From: Corallochytrium limacisporum Hawaii
Taxonomy: Eukaryota > Protista > Pluriformea
Direction of reading: 5' to 3'
Assembly: GCA_002811645.1 (NCBI GenBank)
Contig: PDIP01000032.1
Span: 136,429-200,428 of the forward strand
DNA length: 64,000 nt
Part shown: positions 1 through 11,954 of the stretch, piece after piece
Layout of the letters: each line of letters begins with the position of its first letter
Numbering within the stretch: the first letter of the stretch is position 1
Position numbers and translations under genes: made by a program
The notes under the pieces: model-generated
What the model saw: the letters and a program-made list of their open reading frames with translations, nothing else
Told to the model about the DNA's origin: nothing
Database searches by the model: none

Positions 1-3000
1 CCGCACCTCTCCGCCAGGCCCATCCCATACTAAATGTATACCAAGTTTTACTCCACTTCCCACTGGTGGTGCTGTAGCGCAACTGTTGTGCTACCGTGAG
101 GCTCAGCATTTATGTTTAATGCATTATTGTTCGAAATTGATGAATCGCTCTTCAACTTTTGCATATACGCTGTCGAAGCGTGCGTGGAACTCATTTAAAT
201 TCAATAAATGAGATTTTCAGCTATTGGTACTTCCACCGTGTCTCGCATACTCAATCTATTGAACAAGAAATTCCCCTATGACGGACGAGAGCTGATTGGC
301 TACAGCTACCAAGTATTCAAGAGTTCTCATAATGGGGCGCGGTACTGGCTTTGAACGTTCTGCTCCGAAGCAAACCGTACAAATCATTTCGTTCACTCAG
401 AACTCCTCTCTAGGACATGCCTCTTTCTCCGTAGAATGTCATGCTCTGGTACAATCTCTGAGTGTTGAACTTCGATGTTTGTGGCAGATGCTCATACAGA
501 CTGCTGCGCCTTTGTACTCAATGTGCTGTCCTGGAGGTGTTCAACAGAGAGTACCGCATTGTTGCAGCGCGCCATGTGATTTTGGCGTGTCGCATGCGTT
601 CCCGTTTGCTAGGTTTCTCTGTTTCAAGCTGCCGAACACTGAAGTCGATCTCCGCTCATTCTTGGCCGATGAGCATCCACAGCAATCGGGAGGCGACAGA
701 TTGAGAAGACAAGAACCCCACTCAAGGCACAGGCAGCCCACAGGTATGTCATGGTCCCGTCCAAGAATTCCATGATAAACCGCGTACCCGTACACCGAGT
801 AATGGAGCGCAGACATAGAAGCATTTGTATAGAAATCACAGGCGCATGTTCACACTTTTTGTTTGCCAGTGCGTCAGTCATCCGAGAATCCGCCCCGGTT
901 GGACAATGTAACAGTCTGCCAAACAGTTAAGGAAGAGCCCCGAACCAATGCATCCAAAAATACAACCTTTCTCTCCAATCTCACTTGCGTAAAGGGAATC
1001 CCGTCCCTTCTGCGACACGCATGTGTGGAGCATGGATAGCGCACAGATATAGAACCACATGTCCATCACCGTTTTGTTCGACCCATACATTCGCTATCAT
1101 AACCCCTACGTCACTGTCGTACCCTGTCTATAGACTTAGTACTTACCCAAGACAAGTAATCAGACAGTGCATCATCTTCGTCGGCTATGATTGGCCGAAC
1201 TGTCCACGTTTGGAGGACTGTGAACTATGCACCAAAGGCCCCATGTGCCTATCGTTACTCTCGACTCTTGAATCTCATAGTTGTGGACAGGCTCTGTCAA
1301 TCGTGGCAAGTGATCGAAACTTCTAAAGTAGACTTCCGTACTTAACATACGAGAGATTTCTTGGCAGATCGATGCGACTTCTCCTCTGCTGTCGCTTTGT
1401 CTTCTCGCTACCAATGCCTGCGGACCAAATCAACCACATCATCAGTGCCACATCAAGTCAGATGAAATAGGTAGAGGATTAACATCGACAAGTGAACCCT
1501 TCCCCTACTCAATAGCCCTAACAGTCCTGTCCGGTGCTCAGTCCCTGACGCAAAACATGAATTCTTCGTACCAGTATTTTCATTTGCAAAGATTTCTCCT
1601 CACCACCCCTAGGATGCCCATGCGCCTTATCACCACTTTTTGATACCAATTGCATCTCGGCGACGAAAACTTGCAATATGTTTAGTATAAGAAATCTGTA
1701 ATTGTGGTAGCAGTGTGTGAAGTGTGTAACAGCGTTGATAAGCCGCGAGAGCCCAGTGCCCGCCCTTGTTCCGAGTTTCCTCGAGCTGTTTTCGATATCC
1801 CGTTGGATTCCATTTATTGTCATAGTAAAGCTACGAACTACTTTTTGTTCTTATAGAAGAACTCGCAAAAATCTCTCCGCAGCTCATAAGGGAAAGGATA
1901 GAAAGTTTTGAGCAATGGACATTGCAAGAGTTCCTCAACACTTACTCATAGTGTTTTTCTTTCTTTGCGATGATGCCGCATAGACTGCGCATCCCCTGCA
2001 TTGTGGTATCGGGTAGATGGCAGGCATCGTTTCTCTGTCTGCACATATGACAACCGCATTTGTAGCGTACTGCGGTATTGTTCACTATCTTTCAATCCGC
2101 CACACGTCCGCACCAAGTCACAGATGCCTGATGTTGGTGGTTCATTAATCACTTAGAGCAGGAACACAGAATTTCACTCTCGGTAGGCCCCCAGCCCCTG
2201 CCGATGTCAGGGCTGCGTATCCGCTCTTTCTGTCTGCCCCGCGAAGAAGAAGCTCCGCATCAAGCACACAGGTACTTCAGCGCCTATGACGGCACATGGA
2301 GCGGGGAATAACCAACAAGAATAAAGAAAAGAGCCCCGAGAAGTACCGAAGAATCATGCGCACAATGATTCTGTGGGATCCTCCAGCGCAATGGAAACTG
2401 AGAGAATTGAAGGGGGGACAGCACGGGATCGATAAAAATTGGTGCAACTGCGCAGGTAGTGGCTGATCATACCCGCAGTTCTGGGCTGGTTTGTCACCTT
2501 GACGTTGCGTATCTTACAAGTCAGAGTAGTTGTGTTCAACGACGCTACGTCACTCGTGGACCCTCCCTAGCTCCCGATAAAGAAGGCTAATGCCATTTTC
2601 CGCAGAACTCGTACTATATACATAATGTATAGGTAAAGATAACCTCCGGAGACGAAAATACTGAGCACGGGGAACGGGACGTTGAACTGGGAAGCGGGGC
2701 GCAGGTGGGCGGGGGTCGCGTGTATTGAGCCGATCTACTCTTCCAATTTTCTATGGGGATCTCCATTCCTTCGTTCTCTCTCCCTTCTTACCCAGGCTGT
2801 GGTACTGAATGTATTCAATAGAATCTCGTGGATCAATAAAACGATGAAAAAAGAATGTGGGCGCGTCGCAAATCACATGAAAACCAGTTTGTGTACCAGA
2901 GGGGAATCAGAGCGTTCAGTGAAGACGAGTAGTTCCTGTTGGTCCGTTCCTGCGGATTTGTAGGTATACACACAACCGTTGTTCCACGTCAGAGTAAGGA

Positions 3001-3283
3001 AATGGTCAGCCTTGGCCCCTTGTTTTCTTGCTAGAATGACACCGTGCCCTGGCCTCTTCTCCCAGCTCTCGTCAGTGCATAGGTAATTGGGCAAGTGTGA
3101 TTTATATAAAATATATGACATTTTTTTGGCCGAAGATCTAAACCTCGAGACAGCACGATCCCATATTTGGCGCCGAAATTGTGCAAGCTGCGACCCTTCC
3201 ATCCCATTCCACTTCCACGGAAAATCACATGACTCTTTGCGCCGCAGTGCTTGCACACACTAGACTATGTCAACCAAGTTCCC

Positions 3284-3300
3284 TGTGTGTGTGTGTGTGT
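3284..3300. repeat. (TG)8 microsatellite
   Basis: Read directly from the sequence. Confidence 0.9.
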
Positions 3301-5377
3301 ACCAAAACCAAACCGAAGAATCCATACAAGAATAATCTAGCAGGTACTGCGGAGGAGTACCACGCGCATGCTGCGCTCACGGTCAGTGAGGAAACTGAGA
3401 CCAACATGGACGCAGCGGCACACTACGAAGCTGCGTATGTATAGAGTTCTGCAACTACGGGTAAACCCCCTTATGCGCTCATGTCGGTGCCAAATTGGTC
3501 AAATAAAACCCCCGTAGTTGTGCTTGGATAAGACGACCATTACAGTTTCTGTCGAAGTGTCCCTACCAATTCCATTCTCGAGGAGGGTTTGCTGCTGGTT
3601 GTATTTTTTTCTCATCATCGTCAAACTAAAAACGGAGAGAGAAAGCCCCGAGGGGACTTTTTTCTTTGTGGTCCCATGTGGTCTTGACCGATGTCGCAGA
3701 AGAGCAGTGGGAGGTCGTCTCGACTTTTTTATTTGCGATAGGACCGCAAGTGAACCAAACTGCGTCATTTTTGTACGATACTGACAATAATTACAGTATA
3801 TTTAGTACCAACTATCGTCGAAAGCATAGGATGATACAGTCGCCGTCGTGTCGCCGTGCAGCCTGCAGCCTCTGACTTTCTTTGCAGTCGAGGATATGCA
3901 GAAAAATCACTTCCATGAGTTCGGGCTTCCTCTCCGAAAATTGTTTCCAATAATAAATAAGTTGAGATCCTTTCGACCAATATCTGTAAACCGCACTGAC
4001 TGCGACGTGCGGGGGTGGTGTTGAACAGAATGAGAGGCGCCGACAGGCACGAGACAGTGTTGGTGTTGGTGTGCCACATATAATGCTTTGGAAATGGGGG
4101 GAGGGTGGTCGTAAAGAGGAGAGGATGCGTCAGGGGGAGGAGAGCGAGGAGGAGTAAGCCTTATTTCACTATAGAACTGAGGGTCCTATAGTGCATGCAC
4201 TGTCGAATGGTTGCTGTCGTTGAGATTACTGGAAACCTAAGTTCCCACCCATATCGCCCCCTTACACGACTCCAATCCAGTCACATAGAAATACCTAAAC
4301 CTGGTAGCAGGTTCAAACGGGCAACAAGGTGTACCTAATCCAATATAAAAATAATGGACATTCGTCGGGCATTTAGTGACAGAGTATCAAGAAACGCCAG
4401 AAAGCTCTTTGTAAAAATTTTCTTTTTTTTTTTGGTGTTGCATTTGTACAGCACAGCGGTGAGAAAGGACACTTTCCTTGCACACAGTGGTGGCTGGTAT
4501 GGGGTTAGTTGATGTAGGTCTATTCACTACTGAGCCTCCCCAAGAGAGAGCTCCCCCGCTCTTCTCATTGCGGTGCTGTCGCTCTGTATAGGCCCACCGC
4601 TGAGATCTATACTCCGGAAAACCGTCTGAGCCTGGGTATGATCTAGCCGTGGACGCTCGCACACAGAGAATCCGATAACAACCTCTTGCCGAATTTTCAT
4701 CCACAAAATGTGCATGTAAATAGTATAAACTTTGAGTTGTGTCTTTGCGCGTAGCCCTGCGGCCCTGTGAGACAATGGCTGTTCTTGATCGAGTGTGGGT
4801 GCGATAGGGATAAACTGGTCGAGCACAACCGGCGGAAGCAAAGGGGGTGGCGAGGGAGACTCCACCGACAAACGGTAGCATTCGTTGGAAAGCTTCTTAT
4901 CAATAGTAAATGTACATAATCTTTGTCCACATTACCAAGGGACACAAGAAATTCGAGGTCCACATGCACGACCGCGAAGGAAAGTGAGTTGCCTGAAGCG
5001 TCGCTGAAGACACACGGAGAGAGGGGAAAGGGTGCTGCAGCCCTCTTGTCTGTTAAAGCATGTGGGAGACTTTCCGTCAGCAATACTCAGTATACGCGGC
5101 AAAGGCGCCCACAACGGACGGGGACTGTCGATATTGAAGACTGCGGACCGCCTGCAGCAGATACATTGGGAATTTCCTCCCTTCGGTTTGTTTTTGTTTG
5201 TTTGGTTGTGCGAGTACGATATGCCTTCGTCTTTGAAACAGGAATAACAAAATTGCCCATTTTCTACAGCATATCTACTACCAAATCTCCCGTCCATGGC
5301 GTTAATCAACCATTCGCAACACACCCTCCGCCAAATAATCTCAAGATCTCCCTCCTTTGCATTGGCTTCCCCCCCCC

Positions 5378-5897
5378 NNNNNNNNNNNNNNNNNNNNNNN
5401 NNNNNNNNNNNNNNNNNNNNNNNNNNNNNNNNNNNNNNNNNNNNNNCCCTCTTTCTGTCGCACCCCCAAAGAAAAAGTCATGCTCTTCACAGGCTGCGAG
5501 CGTTGAAGAATACGGCCCACATACACAACCAAAGGCGAACGCGCTCACCACGACTTTCACGACCCCCCTTTGATTGGGTGGAGGCAGTGGCACCGCATGC
5601 AACCACCCTCTCTCCCTTCCCCGCGGGCACTTATTCCTTTTCACGTCTCTCACCGGAGAGCGGGAGTCGAACTCGTCGGTTGTTTTCATATGTGTTCTTT
5701 TTTTGTGCGCGAAAGNNNNNNNNNNNNNNNNNNNNNNNNNNNNNNNNNNNNNNNNNNNNNNNNNNNNNNNNNNNNNNNNNNNNNNNNNNNNNNNNNNNNN
5801 NNNNNNNNNNNNNNNNNNNNNNNNNNNNNNNNNNNNNNNNNNNNNNNNNNNNNNNNNNNNNNNNNNNNNNNNNNNNNNNNNNNNNNNNNNNNNNNNN
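5378..5897. other. Two assembly gaps (5378-5446, 5716-5897) bordered by C/G runs
   Basis: N runs with poly-C and G-rich flanks. Confidence 0.99.
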
Positions 5898-6616
5898 GGG
5901 GGAAGAAGGGGGAGGGGGGGGAGGGGCAGAGCAGCAGCAGCGTGATCATTCAAATGCAATAGTAAGCCCAGTGCCTTTTCCCCACACGCCTTCGTTTTCT
6001 ATGGGTGCGTGAAGAAGGGGGGGGGGTGTCAACTGAGTCAGCAAGTGGTCGGAAACATAGAGCGCATGAGGGCACACATTGAGAGCGAGTGTGTATGTGT
6101 GGCAGGGGCCGCAGTAGTCAGTCATTCCTTGTCTGTGTGACCGGGGCCAGTGGAACTCTCCCTGATCGTTTTTAACTCAGAGGTGGACTTCTGGAGTTTG
6201 AATGAGAATGCTACGGTGTGGGATTCTGTATCAGACCAGGACAGTTTGGAAGGACAAATCACAATTAACAATCACTGGTACTTGAGGTGAGCTACTTCGG
6301 GCCACACACAGTTTCAACATTACAATCAGCCTTTTTTTACCCGCGTTTGTAAAAGAGAAAGAATTGACAGAATTTGTACAGAATAACGGGCCAAGTATGA
6401 GCCAAGAATAACAATGCAATCCCCTATTCAGACCGAGACCCGTGCCGATTATATCGTAGTAAGCGTTTGGAAGTCCGCTTCGTGCTAAAGAGAACCTGTG
6501 AGTATCAAAAAAAGGCATTCAACTACACATAGGTTATCCATAAGTTATCATTTTATACCATACTATCACATCAGCAACAATATCCTTACCAAGTTTCATC
6601 AATAAGGACAAACAAT

Positions 6617-7426
6617 ATGACTGAGTTTCAAGAGTTCCCCATGATTTTCCCTGAGGAAATCTTCGGCATGACCGCTCCGGTCCAGCCTCAGCAAATCCCT
6701 ATTGCTGTTCCTGCTGCTGCTATCCCTGCTGCTAACCCTGCTGCTTTTGGCGACTTTGCCCTGCTTGAAGACAACGACTTTTCCGCATTGCTGTCTGACA
6801 GCGATGTTATGGACATGGTCGAATTCCTTGGCACTATCGCTGGTCCCGTCCAGGGTCCCATGGACTTCTCCCTTGGGGCTCAGGTCGAGACTTTTGGTCC
6901 CGGAACTGCGTCTGGGGCCTCGACGGACGATGAGAGCTGCTCTGTGAAGACCGAGTCTTCTGCCTCGTCTTCTCATTTCTGCAGCACCTCTCACTCTTCC
7001 CCTTCTCTGGAGCAGAAGTCTGCTGCCAAGAAGAAGGCAGCTGAGCGCAAGAACTCTACCACCAAAAAGACTTCCAACCCCAAAACTGCCGCCAAGAAGA
7101 AGGTCTGCCACAACTGTGGCTCGGAGGACACTCCTCTGTGGCGTCGCGATGCTGAGAAGAACATTCTTTGCAACGCCTGTGGCTTGTTCTACAAGTGCCA
7201 CGGTACTAACCGCCCCATTGGCGAGGATGCCGTTCTTCTCCCGGAGAACGACCGTGGCATCTCTTGCTATAATTGCGGTACTACCCGCACGTCTCTGTGG
7301 CGTCGTGATGAGCTGCAGAGGTCCGTGTGCAATGCATGCGGTCTGTACAGGCGTATTCACGGTAAGGACCGTCCCAAGGGCATGAAGCGTACCTCCATTC
7401 GTCCCAACCTGAAGCACCGTGCTTGA
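6617..7426 (+). CDS. GATA-type transcription factor with two tandem zinc fingers
   Basis: 269 aa ORF from ATG. Two C-X2-C-X17-C-X2-C fingers (CHNCGSEDTPLWRRDAEKNILCNAC and CYNCGTTRTSLWRRDELQRSVCNAC), basic tail, acidic/hydrophobic N-terminus, strong codon bias. Confidence 0.95.
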   Translation: MTEFQEFPMIFPEEIFGMTAPVQPQQIPIAVPAAAIPAANPAAFGDFALLEDNDFSALLSDSDVMDMVEFLGTIAGPVQGPMDFSLGAQVETFGPGTASGASTDDESCSVKTESSASSSHFCSTSHSSPSLEQKSAAKKKAAERKNSTTKKTSNPKTAAKKKVCHNCGSEDTPLWRRDAEKNILCNACGLFYKCHGTNRPIGEDAVLLPENDRGISCYNCGTTRTSLWRRDELQRSVCNACGLYRRIHGKDRPKGMKRTSIRPNLKHRA

Positions 7427-7652
7427 ATGGAGCTTTACCGCAATCATATCTTCCTTCTGTTTACCGATCCACAACATGAATCCATTCAGCAGCAGAAATG
7501 GTGTGTTCTTGTTTCCCGGTAAATGAGGATGTATTCCCCATTGTCGAAAAGAAAAAAGTCCCAAAAAAATTGTCTTACCCACCACCTTAATCTTCAATAA
7601 AGCGCAGCCAGCAGCAGCCTACCCACAACACCCGTTTTCAGTGCCACTGCCC

Positions 7653-8816
7653 TTAGGACCCCTTGTCACCACGAATCTGTTGGACTACGGCCCGCAAAAG
7701 AATAGTAGCCACCGGCAAGAATAGTGGTACATAAATGGCGTACTTGTGGTCCTCGGGGAAGTATAGCTGGACGAGCATGTCCTCGCTTTGCAGGGCAACG
7801 CTGCTCTCAAATAACGCCATCTTGGCATGCTGTGCACCTTCCGCAAAGATAGTCCGGTTACCCTTGCCAGCTCCAAGCTTTTGTTCCGCCGTGGTCATGT
7901 GTTTGATGGCAGCCATGAAGCGCTCGACGAGCGGCTCCTTCGATGGCAGGGCGGGCATTGCTCTTAGCTGGCTCTGCAGGGTCTTGCAGTTCGCCATGGC
8001 ACGGTCAAGGTGGCCAGATGCAGATCCCTCAACAATTCGTAGAAAGTCCAATGGGTCATGGTCTCCAAAGTCCAACAACTCTACAATTGAAGATGGTATT
8101 GCCGATTCCAGGACAGTACTCTGCACGTACAGTGGCTGGTGTTGGCTCGTGTACTTCACGTCGGCGTCTGCGTCCAGGAAGGTAATGCTTCCAAACCCGT
8201 CAAAGACCAGTTGCTTCATCCCTGTACCCATATTTTCGTCCCGCACCCGGTGCTTTACGTTTTGGCGGTAGTCCAAATAGTAGATCAGTTGGATCGGTTG
8301 ACAAAGGGACGGTTTCGCTGGTGCTAATTGAGGTCCCAGCACGCTAACAAAGTCATTCAATTCTGGGATAGAATGAACATGGGTAACTGATGAATGATCT
8401 TTTTCATTCAGAGACTCATCAATCAGTGTACTACTACTGTCTATACTACCAAGTTCCAGGCCAAAGCCATATTGCACTTGAAATTCGAAGTAGAGGTCTG
8501 TAGCAAGCGAAAGTGACTTCACAAAGTGATCGAGGTTCGCTTGGAATTCCCTGTCCCAAACGTCGAACTTAACGTCTTCTGTCTGCGAGTGCTTGTCGAG
8601 AACCAGGGTGTTGATCATTGTATAGCATATCCCTATGGCTTTAGGTGGTATTTGCCTAACAATACTGTTAACCCTGTCTTCCAGTTTGCTCAGATCATAG
8701 TCATCAACCTCCGAACTAAAGCTCGCAAACGAGAAGAGAGCGCTCCCAAAAGCGGTGATCCAGAGCGCAAGCTCCACAACCACGAATACGCCATACCAGA
8801 ACAGACTCCCTTTCAT
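7653..8816 (-). CDS. PIGS: GPI transamidase component PIG-S/Gpi17
   Basis: N-terminal TM segment. C-terminal signature LYFPEDHKYAIYVPLFLPV followed by a TM helix. Shorter (387 aa) than animal PIG-S. Confidence 0.85.
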   Translation of the reverse strand: MKGSLFWYGVFVVVELALWITAFGSALFSFASFSSEVDDYDLSKLEDRVNSIVRQIPPKAIGICYTMINTLVLDKHSQTEDVKFDVWDREFQANLDHFVKSLSLATDLYFEFQVQYGFGLELGSIDSSSTLIDESLNEKDHSSVTHVHSIPELNDFVSVLGPQLAPAKPSLCQPIQLIYYLDYRQNVKHRVRDENMGTGMKQLVFDGFGSITFLDADADVKYTSQHQPLYVQSTVLESAIPSSIVELLDFGDHDPLDFLRIVEGSASGHLDRAMANCKTLQSQLRAMPALPSKEPLVERFMAAIKHMTTAEQKLGAGKGNRTIFAEGAQHAKMALFESSVALQSEDMLVQLYFPEDHKYAIYVPLFLPVATILLRAVVQQIRGDKGS

Positions 8817-9722
8817 CGTTCACTCCGAACACTGCTGGCACACACACCTTCATGCAAACACGATCAAACTGATCACACTGGGCGGTGGCCCACATTGATT
8901 CGAGCTGCACCAATCATGCCATACAAATCAAATATGTCTGTCACTGAAATAGCTTGTGGCTTTGTATTGAACATGCCAATGAACTGTAGAAGAGTACCCA
9001 AACAATCACGCAAAACAGCGAGAGTAATGGAACAGTTCTGCGCAAGAAAGATCGTTGATCTTGATCTTCATGCTCTTCTGCTCAGCCAGCGCTATGGCTA
9101 CAAACCTAGAAAGGGCCGGTAAAAGTGATCGCGGATCAAAGGCATTCGCAACAATGCGCCGCGCGCAACCAATTGCAACCGGCGCACCACACAGTGTAGA
9201 CACTGAAACAAACGAAAGTTGATGCATTATTAAACTGACTGATCCACCATCGTCCATTGATCCGCAATCAAAAGCTTGGTAGGTCTACACTATGGAAAAC
9301 CACCAGGCTCCATACTCTACGTACTGAGAACGCTGCTCCGCACAATGGCCACCGTACGAAAACAACACTGCGTACATAGTAAATGTACTGTATGTACAGA
9401 ATCCCGTACTTTTACTACTACGTTCCAAGTTTCAGTAGTGAAAGGCCCGCAAAAAGGAAATTGGGTACATTTATTATGGAAAAGAGGCAGACTCCAGCCA
9501 CTCGTGGCTTTTTTACCCGTCCGGTGTTTGTGCCACTTCATCGGTCGGCGAACGCATAACAACAACATTTGCCTACACAAAGTTGCCATATCCATCGCAG
9601 TTGCTCTTATTTGTTGCAGAGTATATTATTGTACGGGCCAGGTACATCAAGATTATCACATATTCAAAGAATACACATCACATAAGTAGCACATTACATA
9701 AATAGGCTCGTTTCATACAACA

Positions 9723-10361
9723 ATGAAGCCACTGTCATATTGCATTCTGCTGGTTCTGGTCGTGTTCGCATCGGGTCTGGACCTGACTATTGAGCACGAC
9801 CTGACTGGCACCGGGAAGTTCACACAGCGGGCCAAGGTGATCTTTTCACATGTCGATGAGAAAACACAGGGGCTAGTCACAGGTCAGGATGGTGGGCTGT
9901 CGGCCTCGGACATCAGCGCGCTGAAGACCCTAGCAAAGGAGGGTAAGCCTTATCGCATTCGCACTAAGAGCAGCCCTACTGGCTCTGCGTCCTATGTCAT
10001 GACGTATATTAATGCGAATGATTTAGTGGAAGCTGGACTACGGGATCGCCTGCTTGTGACCGTCGATGGCCAGTCCCAAGCAGTGCTGGCACTCGACTAC
10101 GGTGTGCGCCGCAAGAGCTTCCTCACTACTGAGACTCAATCTCAAACCGATGCTAAGGCTTTTAACACCATGGCTCGTCTCGACCTACAGACTGAAGTTC
10201 CCAATGTCTTCCTTGAAGCGCACTTGGCCACTCGGAAAAACGTCCGCCCAGACGGAAGTAAGGAAGAGGAACAATCCTTCATTCAGAAGAACTGGCACTA
10301 CCTGCTCATTGGCTTGCTCTTGGTGCAGGTTCTGGGTGCCATGGCCCCTCAACAGGGATAG
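9723..10361 (+). CDS. EMC10: ER membrane protein complex subunit 10-like
   Basis: Signal peptide, LTIEHDL...F..R and YRIR lumenal motifs, EEEQSFIQKNWHYLLIGLLL C-terminal TM typical of EMC10. Confidence 0.8.
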   Translation: MKPLSYCILLVLVVFASGLDLTIEHDLTGTGKFTQRAKVIFSHVDEKTQGLVTGQDGGLSASDISALKTLAKEGKPYRIRTKSSPTGSASYVMTYINANDLVEAGLRDRLLVTVDGQSQAVLALDYGVRRKSFLTTETQSQTDAKAFNTMARLDLQTEVPNVFLEAHLATRKNVRPDGSKEEEQSFIQKNWHYLLIGLLLVQVLGAMAPQQG

Positions 10362-11144
10362 AGGAAGTGGCTGTTCTATTCAATACAAGAAGAAAATCGT
10401 GGGTATAGCATGGTATGCATGGCCACAACACTCGAGCTTAATAAACAAAGAATTATAGTAGTTTCAGACCAACCTCTTATCATCATCGAAATCGACACGC
10501 ATGCAATGGACACAAATGGCGACGCCGCAGCCCACGAGTAGATAGTACAGCAAACCACAGTTTTATGGTTGTTCTAACCGGTATCAACTGTAGTTCCTCG
10601 TCGGGGCGGCTGCGGTTGCTGCTGTGCTGCGTCTGCGTCGGTTACTGTCTTAGGTGAATCAAGCTGTGTCCTCCTCCGCGCTATACGCAATTGGCCTCCA
10701 AGGGAGCCCCTCCCGCCGTTTCCCTTCGCTTGCGGTGGGTGGCAACAGCAGCCGCCCCCTGCCCGGCGGGAAAGATTTGTGTGTGAGGCAGGCGCGCCCA
10801 AGCGAGAGGGGCTCCGGTGACGGAGCGGAGTTGGGAGTGGGAGAGAAGGGCAAAGTGGAGAGACCCCTACTCTTACGTTCGGTGCCGGCTGTTGCGCCCG
10901 AACAGGTCAACGGCCAGACAAGCGGCGGGGGGCGCGAGTGGGGACGGGGAGCGAGGCACAGAATTATGAGGGAGTGGAGAGTGCGATTAAAGGGGAGGGC
11001 CCCGTATTTGGTCAATATGGGAAGGGCTGGCGTATTTGAGGCACCAGACGACTAGAGCCACGGGGGAGTCCTGTCGGTATGGAACATCCTGGGATGGATC
11101 GTTCGGTGGATCTAACATACCGTGGACACACTTAACATCTTTGA

Positions 11145-11690
11145 ATGAGATCGTTCAGCATGCTGGAGGACCCCATGGCACTCGAACAGGTTGTAGGCTG
11201 GAACTGCGACCCGGCGGTGATGGACAAGGAGTCGGTAGACATGGATGTTCAAGAGCTACGCAACTTGCTGAACGACACTCTGAAGCATTCCCACTCACCA
11301 TACTCCAACTTTCGAGTGAGCTGCGTGATGTTCACGAAGTCTGGTCGCCGTTTCGTGGGCACCAACGTCGAAAACGCGAGCTTCGGACTGACCACATGTG
11401 CTGAGCGGTCCGCTATCTTTTCCGCCGTTAGCCAAGGAGACCGTGACTTTGTGCGCTGCGCAATCATGACTGACAGTCCCGTGGATGGCGTGGCCCCTTG
11501 TGGCGCATGCCGTCAGGTCATTGCAGAGTTCTGTGACAATGACATGCCGATAGACATCTACAGTAGTGCTGAAGAAGAGGTCGCACACATGACTCTGGGA
11601 GAGCTGCTACCTGTTGCCTTCCGCTCCAGCAGGCTGCGGTCATCCACTCCCGGATCTGAGTCTACCGTCTCCACATCGGACTCTTCATAA
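11145..11690 (+). CDS. CDA: Cytidine deaminase (homotetrameric type)
   Basis: SPYSNFRV, GTNVENASFG, CAERSA, PCGACRQ zinc-binding motifs, LGELLP. Start may be a later ATG (e.g. 11160). Confidence 0.95.
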   Translation: MRSFSMLEDPMALEQVVGWNCDPAVMDKESVDMDVQELRNLLNDTLKHSHSPYSNFRVSCVMFTKSGRRFVGTNVENASFGLTTCAERSAIFSAVSQGDRDFVRCAIMTDSPVDGVAPCGACRQVIAEFCDNDMPIDIYSSAEEEVAHMTLGELLPVAFRSSRLRSSTPGSESTVSTSDSS

Positions 11691-11954
11691 AATCATGCAC
11701 GTTCCCATAGTATGAAATCTACATTGTATGTATAGTAAAGCTATGAACGTAGCTGACTCGTTCTGATTGTCTGGTTGTGAATATGAATTAGTTACTGCTG
11801 CTCCACAGCATTGTCAGTTTCCTTCGCGTAGTTCATGATGATGCTGTTCAGGCTTTTAAAACCGCTTGTTTTGAAACTTCTGTAGCTACACTATATGAAC
11901 ATAATAATTGATTCCAACCCGTCTTGACTCAGTTGATATAGCTACCTGATCTTC

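Noticed and set aside
4923-6012. ORFs spanning N-gaps (also ~14238-14800 and 52330-53241)
   Set aside because: Open only because Ns hide stops.
6599-7597. Long antisense ORFs (also 12486-13370, 16249-16908, 17350-17970, 18067-19158, 24334-25074, 35821-36450, 62180-62857)
   Set aside because: Shadow ORFs opposite codon-biased real genes, with no recognisable motifs.
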